DNA of 63,823 nucleotides, filler included, from Basidiobolus ranarum (Eukaryota): NCBI GenBank assembly GCA_040143965.1. It is 56 parts of 56 records of this genome, joined end to end, with 100 filler letters (N's around TTAATTAATTAA, not from the genome) between each part and the next. Parts side by side here need not be neighbours in the genome. Positions count along the whole stretch, not along the records: positions 38,908 to 39,947 come from JASJQH010013598.1; positions 40,048 to 41,086 come from JASJQH010013599.1; positions 41,187 to 42,225 come from JASJQH010013600.1; positions 42,326 to 43,364 come from JASJQH010013601.1; positions 43,465 to 44,503 come from JASJQH010013602.1; positions 44,604 to 45,642 come from JASJQH010013603.1; positions 45,743 to 46,780 come from JASJQH010013604.1; positions 46,881 to 47,918 come from JASJQH010013605.1; 48 more parts are not named here. One strand, 5' to 3'. Shown piece by piece: positions 38,808 to 51,008 of this stretch (position 1 is its first letter; each line of letters starts with the position of its first letter). The notes under the pieces were generated by a model. It saw only the letters and a program-made list of their open reading frames with translations, ran no database searches and was not told where the DNA came from. The position numbers and the translations under genes were made by a program.

Positions 38808-39881
38808 NNNNNNNNNNNNNNNNNNNNNNNNNNNNNNNNNNNNNNNNNNNNTTAATTAATTAANNNNNNNNNNNNNNNNNNNNNNNNNNNNNNNNNNNNN
38901 NNNNNNNCACTTATTACTGTTGTTATACACCAGGCTTTGTGCAGCTGGTGGCTTTGTACAGTGACCGTGCTTGTGATTGTTTTTTCTATGAAGCCTCCAG
39001 CCTTCATAGCACAAGAATTTGTGACCATAATAGCAAGGCTTCTTTAAATATTTGTGTTGCGGCATGAGAAGAATATTGTAGAAACAAGAACACCTCCCAT
39101 GTAAGGGTGGTATTTTAGGTATAGCCCATCAATAACATCAGCTGATTCTGAGATGGTGTCACAGATGAGTCATCAGGGCATTTACAAAGTATTTCCAACA
39201 ATGGATGGCAATTTTGGTTTATTATAATCTGTTTCTAAGCAATTTCATTACACCAAGTTTACCGTCTGAAAATTTAAAAGCCATTCAAAAAGCATTCAAA
39301 ATCTAAGCCAAAATTGGCTTCCAAGCCAAAGCCTGCTGGCACAAAAGGAAAAAAACCAGCAAGAACAGAGGACTTAATTGATCAGCAGTCTAGCAATTCA
39401 CTATCCACTTTGGAAGGCATTAACATGCCAGAAACTAACTCAAGTAATGATGAAGCATAAATCAATTTACCAGATGTGTTCCTTTCCAGCAAAATTGCAA
39501 GTGAAGAGATTGTAATCCCCCAATTACATAGTAAATCAATAGTTGAGCAAAGTTCAACCAAAACACCATCAAGACCATCAACTTCCAAAATGGCTACTTT
39601 GCCCACTATAGAACAACCCTCCATAGAAAATTTGGATAGAATTATTACAATCAGGGAATTGCAGGCCAAAAACCATAATGATTTGTATGCAATCATAAAT
39701 AGAAACTATGAAGTTGCTATACAGGCCATGACAAGCAATAATGCCACAATATTGCAATTAATGCAGCATTTGGAAGCAACTAGTCAACAGTTAGAGAGTC
39801 ACTCAACAATGATACAAGACCTTCAGAATGCTGTACTTGAGCTACAGCAACATGCTGCTTCCTCCATCCATTCTCATACGT

Positions 39882-39947
39882 CCCTAACAAAAATAAAATC
39901 GATTTGATTCGGATTGGATCCACCCTCCGAAATAGCAAAACCTTCAG
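39882..39947 (+). mobile_element. Probable opposite end of the CCCTAACA element
   Basis: Starts CCCTAACAAAAAT then diverges; interrupts the accessory ORF. Confidence 0.5.
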
Positions 39948-40595
39948 NNNNNNNNNNNNNNNNNNNNNNNNNNNNNNNNNNNNNNNNNNNNTTAATTAAT
40001 TAANNNNNNNNNNNNNNNNNNNNNNNNNNNNNNNNNNNNNNNNNNNNAAAGTAACAGAAGCAAATCAGCATGTACTGCTTCAAACCTAGGCAACTGCTGA
40101 ATACTCTTGTTAATACTTACATTATCCTATCTTTACTGTTTAGCGCATCATGCAAAATCAATATGGATTGCAGTAAAATATAGCTTATATTGCTTAAGTT
40201 AGATCACAATTGCTTATGTCTTTATGAAACACTAATAGCATGAAATCGTCATATATCAAAAAAATCAATGATAGCCTATTGATACAAGTGATTTCACTAC
40301 AATCAAATGAAAAATGTCTGTCAATACAAAGCTTGCACAGCCTAATTAGCTTGATATGGCTCCATCCATTCACATTTTCACTCAAATAGAAGCTTATATG
40401 ATTGAATGAATAATTTGCCAATCTAAAAATGAAGAATCAAGCAATCCTGATCAATACTATCATACTGCAGATTGATCCATCATCAAGTGCTGTGATTTGT
40501 CACCGGTGTGCAAAAACTACTGGTGTTTTGTAATGCAGGAGCTGTTATGCCCAATTAAAATAAGGTTACTGTGGTAGTGAGGGATAAATGATTGG

Positions 40596-41086
40596 CCTAA
40601 AAGACATATGATTGTCTTTGTTATACATTTGATTGGGTAAGTTACACTATAAATTGTTTATTGTTACACATTCAGTAATTTGTAAATTACAAACTAGGGC
40701 ATGAACTTGCTTTGTCAGTTACCCCAAATTGTACTATGGCAATAGACTTGTTCCATCGGACCAGGTCAGATCATGCCGCTTGATCCAGCCTGCTAGTACA
40801 CCATCTGGCATGATCTGTCAATTACCTTGGTGGGTCCTATAACACTATAAGGAACAATATGGCACTATCCCACCACAATTAGACACTATGATTTTATTGG
40901 AGATATTGTTCCAGCCCATACCAAGTTACCCAATTTAGTATTGCAAATTACAATTTTGGGTAACTGACAAAGTAAGTTCATCCCCTAGGTTGTAACTGAC
41001 AAATTACTGAATGTGTAACAATAAACAATTTATACTCTAACTTACCCAATGAAATGTATAACCAAGACATTCATATGTTTTTTAGG
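40596..41086. repeat. Long imperfect inverted repeat (arms 40596-40733 and 40949-41086); foldback/MITE-like, with AGACTTGTTCCAT end B inside at 40744
   Basis: Arms are reverse complements over about 138 bp; the right arm is cut by the contig edge. Confidence 0.85.
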
Positions 41087-41465
41087 NNNNNNNNNNNNNN
41101 NNNNNNNNNNNNNNNNNNNNNNNNNNNNNNTTAATTAATTAANNNNNNNNNNNNNNNNNNNNNNNNNNNNNNNNNNNNNNNNNNNNTTATGATTACATAC
41201 AAATCATTACAGTGTTCTGCCTGCATTTCCCTTATTGTAATAATTCTATCTAAATTTTCTACAGAGGATGGTGCAATAGTGGGCAAAGTAGCCATTTTAG
41301 AAGTTGATGGTCATGACGGTGTTTCAGTTGAACTTTGCTCAACTATTGATTTACTACATAATTGGGGAATTACAATCTCTTCACTTGCACTATTGCTGAA
41401 AAGGAGCACAACTGGTAAATTGATTGATGCTTCATCACTACTTGTGTTAGTTTCTGGCATGTTAA

Positions 41466-42225
41466 TGTCACAATAAGGAACTGGACAAGGACTGGAAACA
41501 ACAAAAAGAGGTTAGAGGGCAGGAGAATACTTGGGTATAGACAACAAGACAAGACAAGACTGGACAAGGAAGATGCTTTGGCCAGAATCTTTGTTGATAA
41601 CTGGCATTGATCAGACTGAGGTCTGATCAAGGAATACATGGGGCTTATATAGATATTGCAAGGTGAAACATAATATACTGAATAGGGAATATACTGTGGC
41701 AAGTTCAAGAGTTGGCGTGTTAGGGACCGCAAGGACCAATACAAAGAGGGATGATGTAGGGATGATCAGGTGACCTTCCATGGAAGGTCTTGGCAGAAAT
41801 ACACTATGTGTGGGATGGCATGATCGGTTAGGTTTCATGAAATGTTTAAAGAACATGTCTTCCACATAAGGTAATCTGGATGAACTGACCCCAGATTGCC
41901 AAGAAGGGATGACACAGCAGATATGATGTTGTAATCTAATAATAGAAGAGTTCTATTTGCAGTGGATCAGTATGCCAAGATCAGAATCATCACAGTATCC
42001 CCTTCTTTGGTGAAGGCTTCTATACATCATAGAGCCAGGTTTTTGTGGGTAGGCTTCATGCAACTCCTGGCAAAATTCCTTGGAATTGGAAAGATTTATT
42101 GCTGGCTCCCATGATTGATCATTTGATGAGTATCCCTTCCAGTCCACTAAATATTGCAAATTACATCAATAAATTCTGGAATCTCGAATTTTTCTAACTT
42201 CATATTCAGGGTGTCTCTCAACTTG
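41466..42225 (-). mobile_element. Chromovirus 3' end: chromodomain, PPT (41995-42006) and complete 3' LTR (41466-41994), abutting the EnSpm accessory ORF
   Basis: QYLVDWKGY...SWEP; AGAAGGGGATAC then TG...CA. Confidence 0.92.
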
Positions 42226-42325
42226 NNNNNNNNNNNNNNNNNNNNNNNNNNNNNNNNNNNNNNNNNNNNTTAATTAATTAANNNNNNNNNNNNNNNNNNN
42301 NNNNNNNNNNNNNNNNNNNNNNNNN

Positions 42326-43364
42326 ATTGAAACCCCCCAAGGTCAGCTTCCTTTGAATTCCCCATCTTTCCCAATCTTCCCTGCTAAGGCAAAGGTACCT
42401 TCCACCTTTGGATAATTGCTCTAAGTGCATCCTTGTTAACACACTACTGGTTGAGTTTACAGTTGTTTTTGATCAAAGAAGCTTTAGTACTTGATCAAGA
42501 TCAAAGGATGGTGATACCAGCATACTCTTTTGTCAAGGCACCAATCCTTTCTTCAACAGAAAGTTGGACATTGCATTGTGATTATCATGCCTAAAGAAAC
42601 TGGTGGTTTTTAAAACTTCCCCCTTGCAACATAGTAAGTATTATGTCTACAACAGCCCCTACAATGGAAGATGTTATGCAAGCCCTTACTCAGCTTCAGC
42701 AAGAAAATCAAGAACTTTGTACTTCCATTGCTCAAGTACAGAATTTAGCTCCACCCAAGTATACCACAATTTCAACTCCTGAACCCAAAGCTCCCTACCA
42801 AATAAGTTTGATGGCACTCACCAAAACTATTGTGGTTTTATTAACCAAGTAAAGCTTATCCTCCAGTTACATCCCCATCACTACCCCTTGGACCAAACAA
42901 AAGTAGGCTTAGTGGGAACACTCTTGTTAGGAACAGCTCTGTCTTGGTTTGCTCTTTTAATGGAAAGTCAATCTCCACTTCTGTCAAACTTCCTTGCCAT
43001 TCTTGCTAGACTGGGAGCCACAATTGGAAATATTAAGGATCTTTTACTCACTATGGCTGACCCAGTGACCTTGGCTGATGCTATCCACCAGGCAGTTAAA
43101 TGTGACAGCTGGTTGTTTGAAAGACAACAACAACAAAATATGGCTTCTTTCTTCTCTCTTTCATCTTCTACTTTCAGACCCCACTTTCATTAAACACAAA
43201 ATACAGCTGAAGCTGATGACCCAATACAAATTGATGGAACTTGCTTCAGAAAGCTTAGCCCCAAGGAGAAATAATGACGGCAACAAGAGAATCTCTGCCT
43301 CTATTGTGGAGCTCCTGGCCATGTAGCAAGAACCTGTCCAAAGAAGAATCCTGGATTCAAGATC
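42326..43364 (+). pseudogene. Chromovirus 5' UTR and internally deleted gag
   Basis: Paralog of 53798-54741; PIQID and CLYCGAPGHVARTC knuckle. Confidence 0.88.
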
Positions 43365-44603
43365 NNNNNNNNNNNNNNNNNNNNNNNNNNNNNNNNNNNN
43401 NNNNNNNNTTAATTAATTAANNNNNNNNNNNNNNNNNNNNNNNNNNNNNNNNNNNNNNNNNNNNTTTCTCTATAGTGAAGCAGCCATATCTTGGAATAGC
43501 AAGAAACAACCCACCATAGCACTTTCAACAACTGAAGCAGAGTACATGGCAGCATCACATACAACAAAGGAGGCTCTGTGGTTAAGGAAACTGCTCAAAG
43601 ACTTGGGCATTTTTCAAAGTTCACCCACCATAATTTTCAAGGACAATTGAAGTTGTATTTCTTTAGCTAAAAATCACAAATTTCATGCTAGAAGTAAGCA
43701 CATTGACGTTCAACATCACTTTGTTAGGGAAGCTATTGAGAAAAAGCATATCCAACTGGAGTACTGTCCAACTGAGGACATGATTGCTGACATCCTTACC
43801 AAACCATTACCCAAGCACAAATTTAAAGAATTAAGATTTAAGTTAGGATTAAGATATATGAGTGTTTAGTTGAGTGGGAGTGTTGAAGTTTATTGTCTTT
43901 ATCATATTTGCCATCTCTACCTTTATATACCTAACTTTTTCATATATCATATATAATTTAGTTAGCATTACTTAGTCAAATATTACTTAGCTGAAAATTG
44001 GAACATATATTATATATATATGTGAATAATGTGAGAATTAGCAATTCCATATTGGAAATTTCAAACTTGTCCAAACTGCCCCAAAGATAACTCATTTTAC
44101 TCCTACAGATGTTTTGAACACAACCCCAGTGTTAGTTTTCTGTATTTCCACCAAAATGTACAAATGCTTTATTTCTGGACAATAAACAATTATCTCACAA
44201 AGCTATTCACAACCCTACTTTTCTAAAGTTCCTCCAAACAGCCCATATTTTCCAAATAAAATATAGTTCAACACTGTTTAAGCACTTTTTCAAAGCTTTT
44301 GGAATTAAGCAAGAAATGACAGCCCCTTATTTACCTCAATATTATGGAGTTGCTGAAAGAGCTAGCAGGACTATAATAGAAATGGCAAGATCTATTATGA
44401 CTGCACAAAATTTATCTTATAGCTTTTAGGCAGAATCTGTTGCTACAGCTGTATATCTGAAGAATAGGAGCTTTACTATAAGTATGTCTAACTCTACACC
44501 ATANNNNNNNNNNNNNNNNNNNNNNNNNNNNNNNNNNNNNNNNNNNNTTAATTAATTAANNNNNNNNNNNNNNNNNNNNNNNNNNNNNNNNNNNNNNNNN
44601 NNN

Positions 44604-45642
44604 CTAATTCTTGTTAAAGTATTTGGGAGCCTGTTGGAAGTGGGTTGGAGAATAAGAGGAATTAGTGGTTTTCACTCATCATTTATTGAGTAGAAAATTG
44701 ACATTTATAGTTTTGTCAGGATGTAAATAAACTAACTTATAGAATGTGTTAAGGAAGGTTCCAGAAGCATGTGTGCAAAGTTTGAGGCTTTTAACACAAG
44801 TTTGAAAAGTCTATATATCTGAAAACTTCTAAGTAGGTAAAAATTTTCCAAGTAAATTTTGATTGAGGATAATGGATAATATCTTACTGAATTATAAGAT
44901 GACTAAGTACTAAGCTACATATGACTATATAGGTGTTTAGGCAATGCTAATTTCAATAGAAATATTGTAGTTGGTGAACTTTGAGAATAACCCAAATCAG
45001 GTAAGAGTTTTCTTGACCATATTGCTTCTTTTGTTGCTTCGCAGGCAGCCATATATTCAGCTTCTGTTGTTGAAAGTGCTATGGTAGGTTGTTTCTTTAA
45101 ATTCCAGGAAATAGCTTCTTTACAGCAAAGAAATAAGTATCCTGTTATAGAACTCCTGTCTTCAATATCTCTTCCCCAATTTGCATCTGTATATCCCATC
45201 AGATCAAAGTTTGATCCAGAATATATGCTGGAGGATCTTGACATAATGGGGGTAGACTTTGAGTATTAGAAGCAACTTATCATAGTGTGTTTTTAGTTAC
45301 TTTATTCTTAAGAGTATATGGTGACTTATATAGTAGAAAAGTTAATCAATTGTTTGAGATATTCAGGAGTTTGTGTAATAAGATATAATAGATAAGTGTG
45401 GGTAATAAGACATACTTGTAATATAGATATAGAGATATTCCTATTTAGAATATAGGATGTTGTGCACCAACATACAAAGTTGTTCAAACTTATGCCATAT
45501 CTATACAACTTGCTTGAATATCTGTTTAGTTTATCATATTGCTAACTAGTCACCTGACCTTATCCAGTGACCTTATCATGTGAATTATCACATGTCTAAC
45601 TATCTATTCTCTTATCCCTTCTATCAGATCATATGACAAATC
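44604..45642. mobile_element. Nested LTR-C (44612-44958), Copia RNase H (-), LTR-A (-) and a further LTR-like family E start (45458; also 17020 and 48785)
   Basis: Matches to other copies; TGTTGTGCACCAACATAC start shared by three contigs. Confidence 0.8.
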
Positions 45643-46880
45643 NNNNNNNNNNNNNNNNNNNNNNNNNNNNNNNNNNNNNNNNNNNNTTAATTAATTAANN
45701 NNNNNNNNNNNNNNNNNNNNNNNNNNNNNNNNNNNNNNNNNNCTGTATTTTGATGGTATTTGTACATGTTAAAATATTAATCCTCAAATTTGGCATGCAT
45801 TATTCAATATCCAACAATTTTTGCGAAAAAAAAATTTTTGAATGGCAAATTACTGGGTTTACTGCTGTAGGAATTTGAATTAAGATGCGTTCTTTATTTA
45901 TATATTTTAGGCTTTGTATTCCAGCCAAAATGAGAATCATGAAAGACAAGAATCTTGTTGTGTTTAGTCTCTACATATGCATAAACTTCACTGATCAGAC
46001 ATAACTTAGCAACATCAATATGCACTACCAGCAAACTAATGGTGAAAAAATTGCAAAACATCTGAAATTTACAATAGCACTGATTCTTGGCAAATAGCTG
46101 ACTCTTGTAACTGTCCACAATGAGAATAAGCTCTTGGATTTTGGCAAATTTCTGTCAAGAATTCAGCCAAATAGCCCTGACTTGCAGTCAACAAATGTCT
46201 GCCACAAGTAGGTGTGTCATTGCTTGAATAGATTACCCCTTGGCAAAAACAATAGTACCGCATATGATGATCTATCTTACCAAAAAATCTGTCTTGCTGC
46301 TTTTTTAGAAATACCTTCAGATTATCACACAAACAGACTGGTCCATATGATAGAGAGGTACTTACTCTGTGTCTGTGGATTGGGTTTTGTAGCTGACATA
46401 GTGCTTAAACAATAGACTTGTTCAATTTTATTGAGCCAGATCAGGGCAGCTAAAAAGTTTGCCAGCACCAATTAGCATGATTGGGCAATATCTGGCTCAA
46501 TGTTATTTACCGTTTTGAAACAGTTTATATTACTTATATTGTATATCTAAAAAAGTACTTTCGGACTTTATTGCACATTCAAAAGATGATGAAAGTTTCA
46601 TTCATAGTGTCTTAAGTCTAGAGCTCTCAATGGATATTTTGAGTATGAATGTATTGAGAATTAATCAAAATTTTGACTACTTTGCCTAACTTTGATTGAG
46701 GCCCACAAAATGATTTTCCACTATACTTTCCTGCTACAATGCTATATCTCTTTAGGAAACCAAAGCTATGTTCTACTCTTNNNNNNNNNNNNNNNNNNNN
46801 NNNNNNNNNNNNNNNNNNNNNNNNTTAATTAATTAANNNNNNNNNNNNNNNNNNNNNNNNNNNNNNNNNNNNNNNNNNNN

Positions 46881-47918
46881 CTTTGAAAAGTACCAGTTGA
46901 GGTTGGAGAGTTGTGAGTTTTATTTGCTGGTGTTATGGCTTGTTGAGAGGTGCCAGATGTTGCATAAACTTCCAAATTTACCACTCTTCCAACTGGTGTA
47001 TCCGGTTCCATGGTGAAATTAAGCTTTTTTGCCAGTGTATCTGCCTCTGGAAATGCAAATGTTTGTAATGTTGTGATAATTTGGCAAGTGGGACAGTAGA
47101 GCCTAAGCTCACTGGCTCCTTTGATTTTCCCTTGGGTTTACTAACTCCCTGCTCCTTGAGTACTTATTTAGCTGCTTTTCTTTCTTTTCCAAGTCAATAT
47201 TTGGATACTTTTTTGAGCTGTTTCATGAATAGGCCTATACTTGCCCAATTGCCATTTACTTGCAAAAACCCAGGATAAGCCACATGAAACAAGTCAACAA
47301 CCATCAGATTAATGCCTGGTTTTTGGTTTTTCCATGATTAGCTCATACTGAGGTGATTTTGGGCAAGATTCCTCACAATTTCCAGAATGTTAAACCACTC
47401 ATCATTAGAGCAAGTGATGGCAGCTCTGACATTCAGAGTCTTTTGGTTTGCTGGTTTTCCTATGGGATTTCTACTTTCATGTGCCCAAGCAGTTTCAGGT
47501 TGCTGTGTAGGCTTAATGGTCCAAAATATATTCTGCTCTGCTAGATTGTCATGGTGATTTTCATATATATTGTGAGGGATTGATTGAAATCCCATATGAG
47601 AATGGAAGGAGGGAGCAGCATGCTTTTGTAACTGAAGTACAGCATTCTAAAGGTCTGGTAACATTGTTGAGTGACTCTCTAACTGTTGACTAGTTGCTTA
47701 CAAATGCTGGATTAATTGCAATATTGCAGTGTTAATGCTTGTCATGGCCTGTACAGCAACTATGTAGATTTTACTATGATTCCATACAAATCATTATGGT
47801 GTTCTGCCTGCAATTCCCTTGTTGTAATAATTCTCTCCAAATTTTCAACAGAGGGTTGTTCCATAGTGGGCAAAGTAGCCATTTTGGATGTTGATGGTCT
47901 TGATGATGTTTTGGTTGA
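46881..47918 (-). pseudogene. EnSpm-associated accessory ORF, C-terminal extension with stops
   Basis: Overlaps 39476-39881 and continues into NILEIVRNLAQ...WKNQKPG...YPGFLQVNGNWAS. Confidence 0.7.
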
Positions 47919-48018
47919 NNNNNNNNNNNNNNNNNNNNNNNNNNNNNNNNNNNNNNNNNNNNTTAATTAATTAANNNNNNNNNNNNNNNNNNNNNNNNNN
48001 NNNNNNNNNNNNNNNNNN

Positions 48019-48949
48019 AATCTTTATTCATAACTGGCGTTGATCAGACTGAGGTCTGATCAAGGAATACATGGGGCTTATATAGATATTGCAAGGAGGA
48101 ACATAATATACTGAATAGGGAATATACTGTGGCAAGTTTGAGAGTTGGGGTGTTAGGGACTACAAGGACCAATACAAAGTGGGATGCTGTAAGGATGATG
48201 TAAGCATGATCAGGTGACCTTCCATGGAAGGTCTTGGCGGAAATACACTATGTGTTGGATGACATGATTGGTTAGGTTTCATGGAATGTTCCAAAGAAGA
48301 TGACTTCCATATAAGGTAATCTGGATGAACTAACACCAGATTGCCAAGAAGGAATGGCACAGCAGATATGATGTCATAATCTAATAATAGAAGAGTTCTA
48401 TTTGCAGTGGATCAGTATGTCGAGATCAGAATCTTGACACTGGTAAGTTGGTTAAAATCCAAGTTTGATTATCAATCAAAGCCTGGTACTCATCAGCCAT
48501 TGCAGATCTCCAAAATCTTGTGTGAGGGCCATTCAGGGCCTCTTTTACAGTCTGGGTTTTATGTATTTGAGCTGTGCAGGCATAGGCCCAATTTTGGGAC
48601 TCATTGATATAGTAATCAGGGTTATTTCTGATCCGATTTGATCTCCTAGTTTAGGATAAAGGCACTACAACTTCTGGCATTGTATTGGGCACTTCAGTAG
48701 GCAAAATTTTGGTTGAAGGGTCCACAAGAATGCTATTTTCTTCATTGTGTTGGTTTGAATCAATTTGAATGATTGGATCAGGAGTGTTGTGCACCAACAT
48801 ACAAAGTTGTTTAACTTATGCCATAACTATAAAACTTGCATGAATATCTGTTTAGTTTTTCATTATCGCTAATTAGTCACCTTACCTCATCCAGTGACTT
48901 TATCATGTGACCTATCACCTGACCAACTATCTATTTGCTTATACCTTCT
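48019..48949. mobile_element. Nested chromovirus LTR (-), Copia pol piece (-) and LTR family E
   Basis: Matches to 41466-41994, 12619-13000 and 45458-45642. Confidence 0.82.
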
Positions 48950-49157
48950 TAGGGGGGATGAAAAGCACCAGATGGTGTAGACTTTATTTAGCTTAAATAC
49001 TAATCTAAACAAAGTGACAATCAAGACATCAATCTTTTGAGATATTGTGACAATACNNNNNNNNNNNNNNNNNNNNNNNNNNNNNNNNNNNNNNNNNNNN
49101 TTAATTAATTAANNNNNNNNNNNNNNNNNNNNNNNNNNNNNNNNNNNNNNNNNNNNA

Positions 49158-49481
49158 GGTTTGAACGGCAGACGTGGTCAGCAAAACTATCCTCGTTCTC
49201 GTTATGGTCGTCAATATGAAGATGAACAAGATAACGAATACGAAAGAGGATTGACTGGAAGACGTGGTCAACAGAACTATCCCCGTTCTCGTTATGGTCG
49301 TCAGTATGAGGAAGACGAGCAAGATAATGAATACGAGAGAGGCTTCAATGGAAGACGCGGTCAGCAAAACTATCCTCATTCTCGTTATGGTCGCCAATAT
49401 GAGGAAGACGAGCAAGATAACGAGTATGAGAGAGGTTTTAACGGAAGACATGGCCAACAAAGCCAATCACGTACTCTTTAA
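49158..49481 (+). CDS. Tandem-repeat protein, 3' part (30-31 aa units)
   Basis: Three units of GxxGRRGQQNYPRSRYGRQYE(E)DEQDNEYER plus a partial unit; differences between units are largely synonymous. Confidence 0.78.
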   Translation, partial: GLNGRRGQQNYPRSRYGRQYEDEQDNEYERGLTGRRGQQNYPRSRYGRQYEEDEQDNEYERGFNGRRGQQNYPHSRYGRQYEEDEQDNEYERGFNGRHGQQSQSRTL

Positions 49482-50293
49482 TGCTTACAATTAAAAAACA
49501 ACTTAGTTGAAGTGCCCATTGGCAAAAGTGCTTTGTCGAATTAAAATAAATTCATTTGTTCTCTAGTTCATGCTATCTTGATGTTGATGCAGAAAGTGTT
49601 CACTAATGTTAATAACGATTATCTTGGTCAGACAATGCTTTCAAGGCGTTTATATATTCGCAACGTGTCGTATTTATTTTAGTTTCCCATATTACTCTAT
49701 TCATTGCTGAGTTCTATTGCAACATACTCCAGATCATTATTCTGGCAATATGCCAATAATTCTTGATAATTGTTAATATGGCAATTGTTACATATTGTAC
49801 TGGAATATTTGTGAGGTGTAGAGGAGCTGTCAGAATTTTTCTGTAAACCTATCATGTATAGACAATTCTCACTGGGGTTCCAGTGATTCTAGCTTTTTCC
49901 TTCAGCAAACCCATTTCAACATTGGCTAGTCAAGTTAGGGCATTAAAACGGCATGTTTGTTGTGCTATTCTAAAAGAATCAATATCCTATTTTTGATCGA
50001 TGAGTTTGCATATGAGGCAATATTGTCTAGTTTCTTGTTTATTCTTGCATATTCGTGATATCTTCCCCATTTCTGGGCTACATCTTATCAATAATACTCA
50101 ATTCAGCAATATCCATCATGCCATATTGTAGTTTCAATAAGTTTTGTTTTCTTACAGAGTAGTTTTCCATTATTTTTTACTCACTGTACAGAANNNNNNN
50201 NNNNNNNNNNNNNNNNNNNNNNNNNNNNNNNNNNNNNTTAATTAATTAANNNNNNNNNNNNNNNNNNNNNNNNNNNNNNNNNNNNNNNNNNNN

Positions 50294-51008
50294 GTCATGA
50301 AATCTGCAATTAAAGTTGGATGCAAAGGATCTCTGACATACATTCTAGACAATTCTTGTCTAATTACATTTCTGGCTGCCTCAACACCTAAACATCTTTC
50401 TACGACTCTAATACTGTTGGAATATATATCTTTGATCTTTATACTCTTAAGCCTCAAAACTTCTTTGATATTTGATCCATAAGTAATAATCTCTCCATTC
50501 TGATTCCTGCCAAGATGCCTAATTCCAGGTATACCAAAAGCTCTTTTGTCTAGAGCCGGCAAACAATCTATCAAACCATCTTTGTTGCCATGGTACACAT
50601 CTATAATACCCATAAAAAATGGAGAATACGTAACATTGTGATTCAAAAACAATGTATCACCAAATACATCCAATGATCTAACCCTATGGCATATAACTTT
50701 TGCGTATCCAAATAAAATCTTATTTGTGTATTGCTGTTCTTTAACTTAGCAACATCTGGGAATAAATCCAACAAAATACCAATATTGTACCATGAATCAT
50801 CATCCTTTATATCCAAGAAACTCTTGGTCATCCCTAGAACCAAACTCTTGAAAGTTATTTCCATTATATCTTTATTGAAAACATCATTGCTGGCATTTGA
50901 TATTATCATAGGTGACATCTTTTGTGTCAGCGGTAAATCCATAATTTTTTTTATTCCTGGATGTAACATACAAACTTCATTCCCAGAAAACATCTTCAAT
51001 TTGACACA
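50294..51008 (-). pseudogene. Divergent multisubunit RNA polymerase largest-subunit (Rpb1-like) C-terminal fragment, probably viral; one frameshift near 50675
   Basis: GIPGI, T.GSN, YSNSIRVVERCLGVEAARNVIRQEL...H..LIADFMT match the Rpb1 domain-5 signature; no introns. Confidence 0.78.

Noticed and set aside
41370-41865. ORFs inside the chromovirus LTR (also 48160-48360 and 59396-59629)
   Set aside because: Frames differ between copies and show no protein motif; likely chance ORFs.
49101-49494. Hydrophobic repeat ORFs (49101-49466 minus, 49264-49494 plus) as membrane proteins
   Set aside because: Alternative frames of the repeat gene; unit differences are largely synonymous in the 49158-49481 frame.
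49700-50193. Possible decayed minus-strand coding sequence downstream of the repeat gene
   Set aside because: Fragmentary frames with stops and no motif I can recognise.
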